A stretch of 64,000 nt of DNA, taken from Longimicrobiales bacterium (GTDB lineage: Bacteria > Gemmatimonadota > Gemmatimonadetes > Longimicrobiales > RSA9). The stretch lies in contig JAWODW010000103.1 of the NCBI GenBank assembly GCA_046483065.1, positions 13,964-77,963 of the forward strand, in the 5' to 3' direction. A program made the translations under genes and the position numbers. The notes below the pieces were generated by a model. It was not told where the DNA came from. It saw only the letters and a list, made by a program, of their open reading frames with translations, and did no database searches. This document shows positions 11,159-20,291 of the stretch, piece after piece (positions within the stretch are counted from its first letter, which is position 1; the number at the start of each line of letters is the position of its first letter).

Positions 11159-12485
11159 CGGACCCGGGCTCCAGGAAGAGGGCCATGCGCAGGATCCGCC
11201 GGCCGTCCACCGCCAGCACGCGGAGCCGTCCGTCAGGGAACCCCGCCTCGTCGCCCGGTCGGGCCAGGCGGCCGAGCCGGCCGAGCATATAGCCGGCCAT
11301 GGTGGTGTAGTCGCCTTCGGGCAGCTCCAAGCCGTAGCGCTCGTTCACATCGGTGACGGGGACGGTGCCGCTCAGGAGGGTGGCGTCGCCGGTGTCGAGG
11401 ATCTCCTCGTCGGGCTCCTCGTGTTCGTCCCGGATCTCGCCGACGATCTCCTCCACCAGGTCCTCGATGGTCACGATCCCGGCGGTCCCGCCGAACTCGT
11501 CCACCACCACGGAAATGTGGATCTGGTCTCGCTGCATGTCCCGGAGCAGCTCCTCCACGCTCTTGCTCTGCGGCACGAAGCTGGCCGGCCGGACCAGCCC
11601 GGCCAGCTCGGGCACCCCTGTACGCTGCGCCTCCCAGACGTCCCGGGCCAGGACCAGCCCCACCACGTGGTCCAGGCTGTCCTCGTAGACCGGGAGCCGG
11701 GAGTGGCGCGCGTCGAGGATGGCGTCCGTGGCCTCCTCCACGGTGGCGGTCACCTCCAGGGCCACCACCTCGGTCCGGGGCGTCATCACCTCGCCGGCGC
11801 TGGTCTCCGACAGGTCGAACACGCCCCGGATCATGTCCACGGGCTCCTTGCTCAGGAGCCCCGATTCGTAGCTCTGGTCGAGGAGCATCTCGATCTCCTC
11901 GGGGCGATGGATCCGCTCCAGCTCAGTGGCCGCACGCATCCCCAGCGCCTTGAGCAGCAGGTTCGCCGCACCGTTCAGCAGGTGGATGAAGGGCGTGAAC
12001 AGCCGGGAAAAGATGATCAGCGGCCCGGCCGTCCAGAGGCTGACCTCCTCGGGGTAGAGGAGCGCCACCGACTTGGGCGCCAGCTCGCCGAGGACGATGT
12101 GCAGCACCGTGATGAGCGCGAACGCGATGGTCGCGGCAACGCCGTGGGCGGCCAGCACGTCGAACGGCTCCGGGAGCCCGCCGAAGACCTCGATGAAGAT
12201 GACGGCCAGCGTGCTCTCCCCGACCCAGCCCAGCCCCAGCGACGCCAGGGTGATCCCGAGCTGAGTGGCGGAGATGTAGTGGTCCAGGTGGGTGATGGCT
12301 TCCCGGGCGATCTTCGCCCGGCGCGAGCCGGCCGCGATCAGCCCGTCGATCCGCGTCCGACGGGCACCTACCAGGGCGAACTCGGCGGCCACGAAGAAGC
12401 CGTTGGCCGCCACCAGCAGGAAGGCCAGCCCCAGTCGCCAGAAGATCTCCGCGACGGTCAGGGCGGCGGGGATCTCGTGCTCCAT
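11133..12485 (-). CDS. Hemolysin/CorC-family protein (DUF21-CBS-CBS-CorC)
   Basis: Motifs NGFFVAAEFAL, ATQLGITLASL, GELAPKS, VMTPR, HSRLPVY and VDEFGGTAGIVTIEDLVEEIVGEI. Confidence 0.93.
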   Translation of the reverse strand: MEHEIPAALTVAEIFWRLGLAFLLVAANGFFVAAEFALVGARRTRIDGLIAAGSRRAKIAREAITHLDHYISATQLGITLASLGLGWVGESTLAVIFIEVFGGLPEPFDVLAAHGVAATIAFALITVLHIVLGELAPKSVALLYPEEVSLWTAGPLIIFSRLFTPFIHLLNGAANLLLKALGMRAATELERIHRPEEIEMLLDQSYESGLLSKEPVDMIRGVFDLSETSAGEVMTPRTEVVALEVTATVEEATDAILDARHSRLPVYEDSLDHVVGLVLARDVWEAQRTGVPELAGLVRPASFVPQSKSVEELLRDMQRDQIHISVVVDEFGGTAGIVTIEDLVEEIVGEIRDEHEEPDEEILDTGDATLLSGTVPVTDVNERYGLELPEGDYTTMAGYMLGRLGRLARPGDEAGFPDGRLRVLAVDGRRILRMALFLEPGSDDGDDATD

Positions 12486-13180
12486 CAGACGCCCAGGGCC
12501 CCGGGCAGCTGGAGGATGCTCGTGATCCGGGTCACACCATCGATGTCCTCCGGGATCGACCGGTCCTCATCGGCCAGGTAGATCGGCTCGATCCCGACGT
12601 TCCGGGCGCCCACCACGTCAACGGGCCAGGTGTCGCCCACGTAGACGGTCTCCTCGGGCCGGAGCCCGAGGCGGTCCAGCGCCGTATGGAAGATGGCCGG
12701 GTCGGGCTTCTCCACACCCTCCAGCGCAGAGTCGAGGATGAACTCGAAGAGGTCGGCGAGGCCGGCGTTCTCCAGGTAGGCCGCCACGTGGCCGTCGGCG
12801 TTGGAGATCACGGCCAGCCGGAAACCGGTGTCCAGGAGCCCCTTGAGCATCTCCCGGGTCCCGGGCACGGGCCGGACCCAGAGGTTGGCGTCGGCGTGGC
12901 GCTGGCGGATATCCCGGGCCACCGCCTCGAGACGTGACTCCGGGAGCCCGAGCGAGAGGAGGAGCGTGGTGAACCATGCGCGGATCCGGGTCTCGTCGTT
13001 TCCCGGGTCGTCCGAGCGGAGGATGTCGCCCACCACGGCGTCGGCCGTCCGCCGGGCGGTGTGGTAATCCTCGGTATCCGCGTCGACGCCCTCCTCGGCC
13101 AGTCGATCGAGGAGGAACACGTGATCGGGATGGATGAGCGTGCCCCCGGCGTCCAGGAGCACGGCCCGGAGAGGGTCCAT
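12485..13180 (-). CDS. HAD-superfamily hydrolase
   Basis: Motifs LLDAGGTL, VISNAD, EKPDPAIF and YVGD..VDVVGA. Confidence 0.9.
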   Translation of the reverse strand: MDPLRAVLLDAGGTLIHPDHVFLLDRLAEEGVDADTEDYHTARRTADAVVGDILRSDDPGNDETRIRAWFTTLLLSLGLPESRLEAVARDIRQRHADANLWVRPVPGTREMLKGLLDTGFRLAVISNADGHVAAYLENAGLADLFEFILDSALEGVEKPDPAIFHTALDRLGLRPEETVYVGDTWPVDVVGARNVGIEPIYLADEDRSIPEDIDGVTRITSILQLPGALGV

Positions 13181-14913
13181 CAGAAGAATACGGGCTCTTT
13201 GAAGCTGCCGTACACCGACTCCAGCGCGTGGCGGATCTCGAACAGCGTGCAGTAGGCCCGCACGCAGTCCAGCATCGGCTCCACCACGTTCTCGTCGTCC
13301 CTCGCCGCCTCGCGCAGCCGCTCCAGCGTGGCCTCCACCCGGGCGTCATCCCGGTCGGCCTTCAGCCGCGCCAGCCGCTCTTCCTGGGCCTCGCCCGCTT
13401 CCTCGCCGACCTTCAGGATCTCGATGTCGGTCTCGTCGTTGCCGCCGGTGAACTCGTTCACGCCCACCACGATCTGCTCGCCGGAGTCGATCTCTCGCTG
13501 CTGGCGCTCGGCGCTCCGGGCGATCTCCCGCTGGAAGTAGCCCTGCTCGATCCCCGGCACCACACCACCGAGTGTCTCGATCTCCTCGAAGATGGCCTCG
13601 GCCTCGGCCTCCAGCCGGTCGGTCAGGCTCTCCACGTAGTACGACCCCGCCAGCGGGTCGATGGTGTTCGGCACGCCCGTCTCGAAGGCCAGCACCTGCT
13701 GGGTCCGGAGCGCGATGCGCACGCTCTTCTCCGTGGGCAGCGCGAGTGTCTCGTCCATGGAGTTGGTATGCAGGCTCTGCGTCCCGCCCAGCGCTGCCGC
13801 CATGGCCTGGTAGGCCACCCGGACGATGTTGTTCTCCGGCTGCGGCGCCACCAGGCTCACGCCCGCCGTCTGGGCGTGCGTCCGGAGCCGCCAGCTCGCC
13901 GGGTCCTGCGCGCCGAACTCCTCCTTCAGATGCCGTGCCCAGATCCGCCGGGCCGCCCGGAACTTGGCGATCTCCTCGAAGAACTCGTTGTGGACGTCGA
14001 AGAAGAAGCTGAGCCGGGGCGCGAACTCGTCCACGTCGAGCCCACGGTCCACGCCGCGCCTCACGTACTCGAGGCCGTTGCGCAGCGTGTACGCCAGCTC
14101 CTGGGCCGCCGTGGAGCCCGCTTCCCGGATATGGTAGCCACTGATGCTGATCGGGTTGTACTTCGGGGCGTTCTCACTGGCCCACTCGAACATGTCCACG
14201 ATCAGCTTCAGCGCGGGCTCCGGCGGGTAGATCCACGCGTGCTGCGCCATGTACTCCTTGAGGATGTCGTTCTGGGCCGTCCCCCGGAGCTGCTCCGATG
14301 GCACCCCCTGCTTCTCCGCCGCCACCACGTAGAACGCGAACAGCATGATGGCCGGGCCGTTGATGGTCATGGAGACGGAGACCTCGTCCAGCGGGATCCC
14401 GTCGAAGAGCGTCTCCATATCGGCCAGGCTCGAGATGGCTACACCGCACTTCCCCACCTCGCCCAGCGAACGCGGATGGTCGCTGTCGTAGCCCATGAGC
14501 GTCGGGAAATCGAACGCCACGCTCAGCCCCGTCTGTCCCTGCCCCAGCAGGTAGTGGTAGCGCTGGTTCGTCTCCACCGCCGTACCGAACCCGCTGAACT
14601 GCCGCTTCGTCCACAGCCGCGTCCGGTACATGGTGGTGTACGGGCCCCGGGTGAACGGGTACTCGCCCGGGAAGCCCAGCTTCTCGCCGTAGTCCCAGTC
14701 GGCGCCCAGATGAGCGGGCGTGTAGAGCGGCTCCACCTCGCTGCCGGAGATGGTCGCAAACGACGCGTCACGCTCCCCGATCTCGTCGTAGACCTCCTCC
14801 CACTCGGCCAGACGGGCCCGGAGCGCCTCCAGCTCCCGCTCCTTCGCCTCGAGACGGGCCTCCAGCTCGGCCCGGTCTGCTCCCTGCCGTACGTCCTTCT
14901 CGACTGTGCCCAT
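13180..14913 (-). CDS. B12-dependent acyl-CoA mutase large subunit, isobutyryl-CoA-mutase type
   Basis: Motifs PGEYPFTRG, WTKRQFSGFG, GLSVAFD, QNDILKEYMAQ, ISISGYHIREAG and SLHTNSMDE. Start ATG 14913 follows AAAGGA. Confidence 0.92.
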   Translation of the reverse strand: MGTVEKDVRQGADRAELEARLEAKERELEALRARLAEWEEVYDEIGERDASFATISGSEVEPLYTPAHLGADWDYGEKLGFPGEYPFTRGPYTTMYRTRLWTKRQFSGFGTAVETNQRYHYLLGQGQTGLSVAFDFPTLMGYDSDHPRSLGEVGKCGVAISSLADMETLFDGIPLDEVSVSMTINGPAIMLFAFYVVAAEKQGVPSEQLRGTAQNDILKEYMAQHAWIYPPEPALKLIVDMFEWASENAPKYNPISISGYHIREAGSTAAQELAYTLRNGLEYVRRGVDRGLDVDEFAPRLSFFFDVHNEFFEEIAKFRAARRIWARHLKEEFGAQDPASWRLRTHAQTAGVSLVAPQPENNIVRVAYQAMAAALGGTQSLHTNSMDETLALPTEKSVRIALRTQQVLAFETGVPNTIDPLAGSYYVESLTDRLEAEAEAIFEEIETLGGVVPGIEQGYFQREIARSAERQQREIDSGEQIVVGVNEFTGGNDETDIEILKVGEEAGEAQEERLARLKADRDDARVEATLERLREAARDDENVVEPMLDCVRAYCTLFEIRHALESVYGSFKEPVFF

Positions 14914-15064
14914 GGTCCTTTGGATCAAGGTTCCAGGTTCTCGCTACGCTCCTCTTCCGGCCGCCGCGCGCCACCCGGTGCACATACCCGCGAGCCGGGC
15001 GCGCGGTCCCGGCGCTGCGGGTGGCCCGAAGCCGTTCGAACAACCGACGGCCCAGCCGGGTGAT

Positions 15065-15460
15065 TCACTCCTTTGCCGGCTCCGACCGATCCCGCAGCCA
15101 CGCCACCAGCTCCGCCTCGCCCAGCTCGCCGGCCGCCACGTCCCGGATCACCAGCACGGCCTCCGGCTCCTCCGCGCGCAACTCCCAGCCGTTGGCCAGC
15201 AGGAACACACCGGCGCACGCGAAACCCGTACGTTTGTTCCCGTCCACGAACGAATGGTTGCGGATCACGCCGTACCCGTACGCCGCCGCCAAAGAGAAAA
15301 TGTCCGCCTCGGACTCGTAATGCCACAGGTTGCGGGGCCGGGCCAGCGCCGATTCCAGCAGGTCGCCGTCCCGCAGGCCATGCGACCCGCCGTGCTCCCG
15401 GACCTGCGACAGGTGGATGGCCTCTGCCTGCGCACGGGTCAGCCAGACCGGCTCGGCCAC
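15065..15460 (-). CDS. doc: Doc (death-on-curing, Fic fold) toxin
   Basis: GLRDGDLLESALARP and the Doc-type motif HSFVDGNKRTG. Confidence 0.92.
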   Translation of the reverse strand: MAEPVWLTRAQAEAIHLSQVREHGGSHGLRDGDLLESALARPRNLWHYESEADIFSLAAAYGYGVIRNHSFVDGNKRTGFACAGVFLLANGWELRAEEPEAVLVIRDVAAGELGEAELVAWLRDRSEPAKE

Positions 15461-15465
15461 GGACC

Positions 15466-15693
15466 CTACTCCGCCAGCTCCCGCAGCGCGTTGCGGTACC
15501 GGGCCGCGAACTTCTCGTACGCCTCCATCACCCGCTCGAACTCCGGGTCACCCGTACGCACCAGCACGCCGTCGGGGGTGTCCACCAGGTAGACCTCCTG
15601 CCCCTCCGACACCCGCAGCTTCTCGGCGACCTCCTTCGGCAGCGTGATCCCCACCGAGCCGCCCATCTTCCGGACCGTCACTTTTCTGTACAT
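15466..15693 (-). CDS. AbrB/MazE-type antitoxin
   Basis: AbrB N-terminus VRKMGGSVGITLPKE and a C-terminal helix RYRNALRELAE. It lies directly upstream of doc. Confidence 0.9.
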   Translation of the reverse strand: MYRKVTVRKMGGSVGITLPKEVAEKLRVSEGQEVYLVDTPDGVLVRTGDPEFERVMEAYEKFAARYRNALRELAE

Positions 15694-15699
15694 GGGAGC

Positions 15700-15729
15700 A
15701 ATGTAGCACGCATGTGCTACTCGTGTCCA
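15700..15729 (-). promoter_or_regulatory. TA promoter with overlapping operator palindrome
   Basis: Minus strand TGGACA-18-TACATT-6 nt-ATG (leaderless). A perfect palindrome GTAGCAC-gcat-GTGCTAC at 15703-15720 overlaps the -10. Confidence 0.75.
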
Positions 15730-15730
15730 T

Positions 15731-15766
15731 CCCCTGCCCCTGCCCCTACCCGTGCCCCCGCCCCTG
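15731..15766. repeat. Hexamer-period C-rich tandem repeat (CCCCTG-like)
   Basis: cccctgcccctgcccctacccgtgcccccgcccctg; the opposite strand carries six G-runs. Confidence 0.7.
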
Positions 15767-15768
15767 AC

Positions 15769-16875
15769 TCATTCCCCGATGCCGCTTACGATCCGGGCGG
15801 CGACCTCGTAGGGCGTGGTCTTCCCCGCCACCAGCTCCGGCAGGGCGTCCTGGAGGATCCGGCCGCCGGGGCCGTCCTGCCAGGCCCGGACCAGGAGCCG
15901 CTGCTGGACGGCGTCCCGGACCCGCTCTTCGAGCCGGGCCCGGCGACGGCGCTGGAGCTCGCCGCTCGCCTCGAGCCACTCCGCGTGGTCCCCGAGCTTC
16001 TCCATCAGCTCATCGACGCCCTCGCCCGTCTCCGCGGTGGTGAGCAGCACCGGGATCGGCCACGGGGTGGCCGAACTCGTGGGGGTGGTCGTGGTCGTAG
16101 TCGGGTCGGGTGGGCCGGTCTCGTCGGTGTCCTTCGCGGGGGCGCGGGGCCGGGACCGGTCGACGCCGTGATGGGCGGGGATGTCCTTCTTCGACTCGCC
16201 GAGCTTGAGGTGGAGCATCATCTCGACCTCCCGGGCGAGGCGCTGGGCGCCGGGCCGGTCGGCCTTGTTGACGATGAAGAGGTCCGCGGCCTCCATGAGC
16301 CCGGCCTTCATGGTCTGGATCGAGTCGCCGGACTCGGGGACCAGGATCACGGCCGTGGTGTCGGCGGCGGCGGCGATGTCGAGCTCACTCTGCCCCACGC
16401 CGACGGTCTCCACGATGATGATGTCGAAGCCGTAGGCGGCCATGATGTCCATGACCTCCCGGGTGGCGGCCGCGAGTCCGCCCAGCGCGCCGCGGGTGGC
16501 CATGGAGCGGACGAAGACTCCCTTGTCCTGGGCCACCTCGTTCATCCGGATCCGGTCGCCCAGGAGCGCCCCGCCGGTGTACGGGCTGGTGGGGTCCACG
16601 GCGATCACGCCCACCGTCTTCTCCGCCACCCGGAACCGCTGGATCAACTCCGCCGTGAGGGTGGACTTCCCCGCCCCCGGCGGGCCCGTGATTCCGAGCC
16701 GCATCGCGCCCTGCGCGTCGCCATGGATCTCGTGCAGGAGCGCCTGGAACCCCGGCCGCTGGTTCTCCACGATGGAGATCGCCCGGGCCAGCGCCGCACG
16801 CTGGCCGGCGCGGAACCGCTCCATCAGCTCCCGGTGCGCCTCGCTCAAAGGCGCCGTTGCAGCATTCATCTCCAT
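15769..16875 (-). CDS. meaB: MeaB/ArgK G-protein chaperone of B12 mutases
   Basis: Motifs GPPGAGKST, AVDPTSPYTGGALLGDRIRM, RSMATRG, ETVGVGQSE and NKAD. Start ATG 16875 lies behind a TTGACA promoter. Confidence 0.94.
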   Translation of the reverse strand: MEMNAATAPLSEAHRELMERFRAGQRAALARAISIVENQRPGFQALLHEIHGDAQGAMRLGITGPPGAGKSTLTAELIQRFRVAEKTVGVIAVDPTSPYTGGALLGDRIRMNEVAQDKGVFVRSMATRGALGGLAAATREVMDIMAAYGFDIIIVETVGVGQSELDIAAAADTTAVILVPESGDSIQTMKAGLMEAADLFIVNKADRPGAQRLAREVEMMLHLKLGESKKDIPAHHGVDRSRPRAPAKDTDETGPPDPTTTTTTPTSSATPWPIPVLLTTAETGEGVDELMEKLGDHAEWLEASGELQRRRRARLEERVRDAVQQRLLVRAWQDGPGGRILQDALPELVAGKTTPYEVAARIVSGIGE

Positions 16876-16882
16876 GGGCCGG

Positions 16883-16911
16883 AAAGTCCGGGAACGGGGT
16901 GGATCTGTCAA
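16883..16911 (-). promoter_or_regulatory. sigma70-like promoter of meaB (leaderless)
   Basis: TTGACA-17-GACTTT-7 nt-ATG on the minus strand. Confidence 0.6.
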
Positions 16912-17030
16912 ACACGCGCGTCCTCTGCTCCAGCCCCTGCACGTCCCCGGGTGAACGCTAGACAGCGCACGGGTGCGGGTGTGACAAAGCACGGGTGCGG
17001 GCGCGATCCCGCCCCGTCGTGTCTGCAAGA

Positions 17031-17135
17031 TCGTTCGAACGTGAACGAACTACTTTCCACAATCAAATGCTAACCCGTTGCAGCACGGCGGTTTATGGTC
17101 CCACATCCTCAGATCGTTCGTTCACGTTCGAATGA
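17031..17135. repeat. Long inverted repeat / hairpin element
   Basis: TCGTTCGAACGTGAACGAAC (17031-17050) and GTTCGTTCACGTTCGAATGA (17116-17135) are 19/20 complementary. An inner imperfect stem is also present. Confidence 0.8.
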
Positions 17136-17223
17136 AATTACGAACCGGAAACCCCGGCCGGTCTCCTCGCGCCTAGCGTTCCCGGTACACGGCCGGGCAC
17201 GGGTCGACCCGCGAGCCCCGCGA

Positions 17224-18885
17224 TTACGCCCTGAACTCGTCCTCCGCCACGCCCCGTGCATGCCGGAGCGGGTTCTCGAGCAGGTGGGTCGGCAGGAAGA
17301 TGGCCATGATGAAGAGGACGAAGGCCACGAAGAACCCACCCGCGAGGATGTACCACTCGGGCCAGGCCAGGTAGATGATGGACGTGATCAACGCCATCGT
17401 CGCACTGAAGAGGGAGAGCTGGATCCGGCGGATCTGGAGGGACAGGAAGCGTTCGATGTGGTAGAGGTCCCGGGGGTGTACCCGTACGCGGAGCTCCTCG
17501 CGGTCGGCGCGCTTGATGATGCTCTGTACGCCGGTAATGGCGGCCCGGGCGTCGTCCCAGAGGTTCCGGGCCACGTCGGCGGGCTCCGTGGCGGTGGCCT
17601 GGAGCAGCTCGCCGCGCATCCGGTTCACCACCACGCGGGAGACGTGGAGCCCGTTGAAGGCGGGGTCGTAGCGGAGCCCGAGCCCTTCGAGGAGGGCGGC
17701 GGCGCGGAAGAAGTAGACCAGCTCACGCGGGAGCATGAGGGGCCAGGTGTAGAAGGTGTCCATGATCTCGGTGACCATGTCCTGCACCCTTTGCTGCCCC
17801 AGTTCCCGTGCCCGCTCGATGATATGGAGGATCTCGGCGGCGGCGTCGCGGACCTCGGCCCGGGAGATGTCGGGATCGATCATGCCGAGCTCGTACATGG
17901 CGTTGATGACGCCGTCCACGTCGTCGCGGGCGGCGGCCATGGCGGTCCGGATGATCTGGTCCCGGGTGTTCGGCCGGAGCTCCACCACCATGCCCCAGTC
18001 CAGGAGGACCACCCTCCCCTGCCCGTCCACCAGGATATTGCCCGGGTGCGGGTCGGCGTGGAGGATCCCTTCCACGAGGAGCATCCGGAGGTAGATCTCG
18101 GTGAGCGTCTCCATGAGCCGGTCGAAGGAGAGCTCGCCGGCGGCGAATCGGGGCGAGAGGGCATCCACGCGGTCGCCATCGATCCACTCCATGACCAGGA
18201 CTCGTCGGCGCACCAGCCCTTCCACCGCCTCCGGCGCAATCACGCGGTCGTGATCGCCGAAGTGCTTCTGGAAGAGCTCCATGTGGCGGGCCTCTTCCCG
18301 GAAGTCCATCTCGACGCGGACCCGCACGCTGAACTCTCGCACCACGTTGGTGAGCGCCTTCACGTGGTGGCCCCGGAAGAGGATGTTCAGCAGGTAGAGG
18401 ATCCGGAACGAGATATCGAGGTCGAGGGCCACGAGCCGCTCGACGTCCGGCCGCAGCACTTTCACCGCCACGTCCCGTCCTCCGAGCCGCGCCTTGTGGA
18501 CCTGGGCCAGGCTGGCGGTGGCCGCCGGCTCATTCTCGAAGGCCTCGAACAGCTCCGACACCGGCTCGTTCAGCTCATCGGCGATCACCGCCCGGATCTT
18601 CCGGGGCGCGTCCGCGGGGACCCGGTCCTGGAGCGACGAAATGGCCGTCAGGTACGGCTCCGGCAGAATATCCGCGCGCGCGCCGAACACCTGGGCCAGC
18701 TTGATGAACGTGGGCCCCAGCTTCGCGATGGTCCGGGTCAGCCGCTCCGCCCGCTTCCGGTGCTTCTCGACGGGGAGCCGTCGGGGCCGTCCCACCACGA
18801 TCCAGCGCCGGCGGTCCCGGAGGAAGGCGAAGAGGTACGGGACCAGCCGGAAGACGATGGCGAAGCTGCGTCCCACGCGTCTCAT
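17224..18885 (-). CDS. ABC1/AarF/UbiB-family atypical kinase
   Basis: Start ATG 18885 overlaps the mgtE stop (ATGA). Motifs LGPTFIKLAQ, ASLAQVHKA, VAVKVLRP, HADPHPGN and LLDWGMV, with C-terminal TM helices. Confidence 0.92.
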   Translation of the reverse strand: MRRVGRSFAIVFRLVPYLFAFLRDRRRWIVVGRPRRLPVEKHRKRAERLTRTIAKLGPTFIKLAQVFGARADILPEPYLTAISSLQDRVPADAPRKIRAVIADELNEPVSELFEAFENEPAATASLAQVHKARLGGRDVAVKVLRPDVERLVALDLDISFRILYLLNILFRGHHVKALTNVVREFSVRVRVEMDFREEARHMELFQKHFGDHDRVIAPEAVEGLVRRRVLVMEWIDGDRVDALSPRFAAGELSFDRLMETLTEIYLRMLLVEGILHADPHPGNILVDGQGRVVLLDWGMVVELRPNTRDQIIRTAMAAARDDVDGVINAMYELGMIDPDISRAEVRDAAAEILHIIERARELGQQRVQDMVTEIMDTFYTWPLMLPRELVYFFRAAALLEGLGLRYDPAFNGLHVSRVVVNRMRGELLQATATEPADVARNLWDDARAAITGVQSIIKRADREELRVRVHPRDLYHIERFLSLQIRRIQLSLFSATMALITSIIYLAWPEWYILAGGFFVAFVLFIMAIFLPTHLLENPLRHARGVAEDEFRA

Positions 18886-20291
18886 AACAGGAAGTGTGTG
18901 GCGAGGCCGAGGAGGAGGAAGAAGCCGGTGAGATCGGTCATGGCCGTAACGAACATCGAGGAGGCCACGGCCGGATCCGCACCGAGGCGCTCGAGCACCA
19001 CCGGGATGAAGGCACCCATGGAGGACGCGACAATGAGGTTGGCCCACATGGCCAGCATCACCACCAGACCGAGCATATGTCCGGGAGGCATCCCGCTCTC
19101 GGTGCCGAGACCCGCCACATTGAACAGCACGTGCACCACACCGCCGAGGACGAGGCCGATCACCGCACCATTGACCATCCCCACGAGGAGCTCCTTGGCC
19201 GCGACTCCCCACCTCCGGGCGGCGTGCTCGGGCGTGAGCGCGAGGCGCCGGACGGTCACCGCCAGCGACTGCGTCCCCGCCGTCCCGGCCAGCCCGGCGA
19301 TCACGGGCATGATGCTGGCCAGGATCGCCAGCGCCGCGATCGTACTCTCGAACAGCAGGACCACGGCGGCCCCCAGCGACGCGGTCACCACGTTGAGGAC
19401 CAGCCACGGCAGTCGTGCCTTGGCTGCGTCCAGCCACTCACCCTGGACCTCCTCTTCCCGACCCCCACCGGCCAGCCGGAGGATGTCCTCGGTCTGCTCG
19501 GCCTCCATGACGTCGAGCACGTCGTCCCAGGTGATCCGTCCCATGAGAGTGTCCCGGGGCCCGATCACGGGCACCGACGGCTCATTGTAGCGTCCGATCA
19601 GCCGTCCGACCTCCTCCTGGTCCATGTCCACGGGGACGCTGACGAGGATCGGCTCCACCATCTCGGCGATCTTCTGGTCCGGGTCAGCCAGCACCAGCTC
19701 CTGGAGCCCGACCTGGCCCTGGAGCCGGCGCAGGAGGTCCACGACGAAGATGTTGTAGAAGTCGTCGCCGACCTCCCGGCCCTGGCGACGCACCTCCTGG
19801 ATCGCCTCGCCCGCTGTCAGGTGGATGGAGATGGCCACCACCTCGGTGGTCATGAGCCCGCCGGCCGAGTCTTCCGGGTAGGCGATGAGCTCCCGGAGCT
19901 CGCTGGCGTCGACAGGCTCCAGTGTGCTCAGGACCTGGGCCTGCTCGTGGGGCTCCAGCTCGCCGATGAGGTCCGCCGCATCGTCGCTGTGCAACTCTTC
20001 CAGGAGCTCACCGATCCGCTCCGGGTCCAGGGAGACGAGGATCTCCTCGGGGTGCTGGTGCGCCTCCATCTCCGCCAGCGCCTCGGAGGCCAGGTCAGCC
20101 GGGAGCAGGTCGAGGATCCGGACTCGCTCTGCGTCCTCCTCGAAGTGCTCGATGATGTCGGCTACATCGCTGGGGTGCAGCTCTCCGAGAAACGCTCGAA
20201 GCGCCCTGTCGTCCCGGGCCTCCAGCAGGCTCTCCAGCCGTGTCATCCGCTCCTGCAGCTCGTCCACCTGCGGCGCTTCGGACCCGCTCAC
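18882..20291 (-). CDS. mgtE: Magnesium transporter MgtE
   Basis: Start GTG 20291 (GTGA overlap). Motifs LHPSDVAD, YPEDSAGGLMT, a CBS pair, ARLPWL, AGTAGTQS and DPAVASSMFVTAMTD. Confidence 0.93.
   Translation of the reverse strand: MSGSEAPQVDELQERMTRLESLLEARDDRALRAFLGELHPSDVADIIEHFEEDAERVRILDLLPADLASEALAEMEAHQHPEEILVSLDPERIGELLEELHSDDAADLIGELEPHEQAQVLSTLEPVDASELRELIAYPEDSAGGLMTTEVVAISIHLTAGEAIQEVRRQGREVGDDFYNIFVVDLLRRLQGQVGLQELVLADPDQKIAEMVEPILVSVPVDMDQEEVGRLIGRYNEPSVPVIGPRDTLMGRITWDDVLDVMEAEQTEDILRLAGGGREEEVQGEWLDAAKARLPWLVLNVVTASLGAAVVLLFESTIAALAILASIMPVIAGLAGTAGTQSLAVTVRRLALTPEHAARRWGVAAKELLVGMVNGAVIGLVLGGVVHVLFNVAGLGTESGMPPGHMLGLVVMLAMWANLIVASSMGAFIPVVLERLGADPAVASSMFVTAMTDLTGFFLLLGLATHFLL

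Noticed and set aside
14914-15064. Possible cobalamin riboswitch upstream of the B12 mutase
   Set aside because: GC hairpins are present, but I could not find the conserved B12-box or GGGAA core elements. An Rfam search would settle it.
17031-17135. LexA box interpretation of the GAAC/GTTC-rich arms
   Set aside because: The spacing is GTTC-N6-GTTC (period 10), which matches neither GAAC-N4-GTTC nor the 11-bp-period motif at lexA. The adjacent genes are not repair genes.
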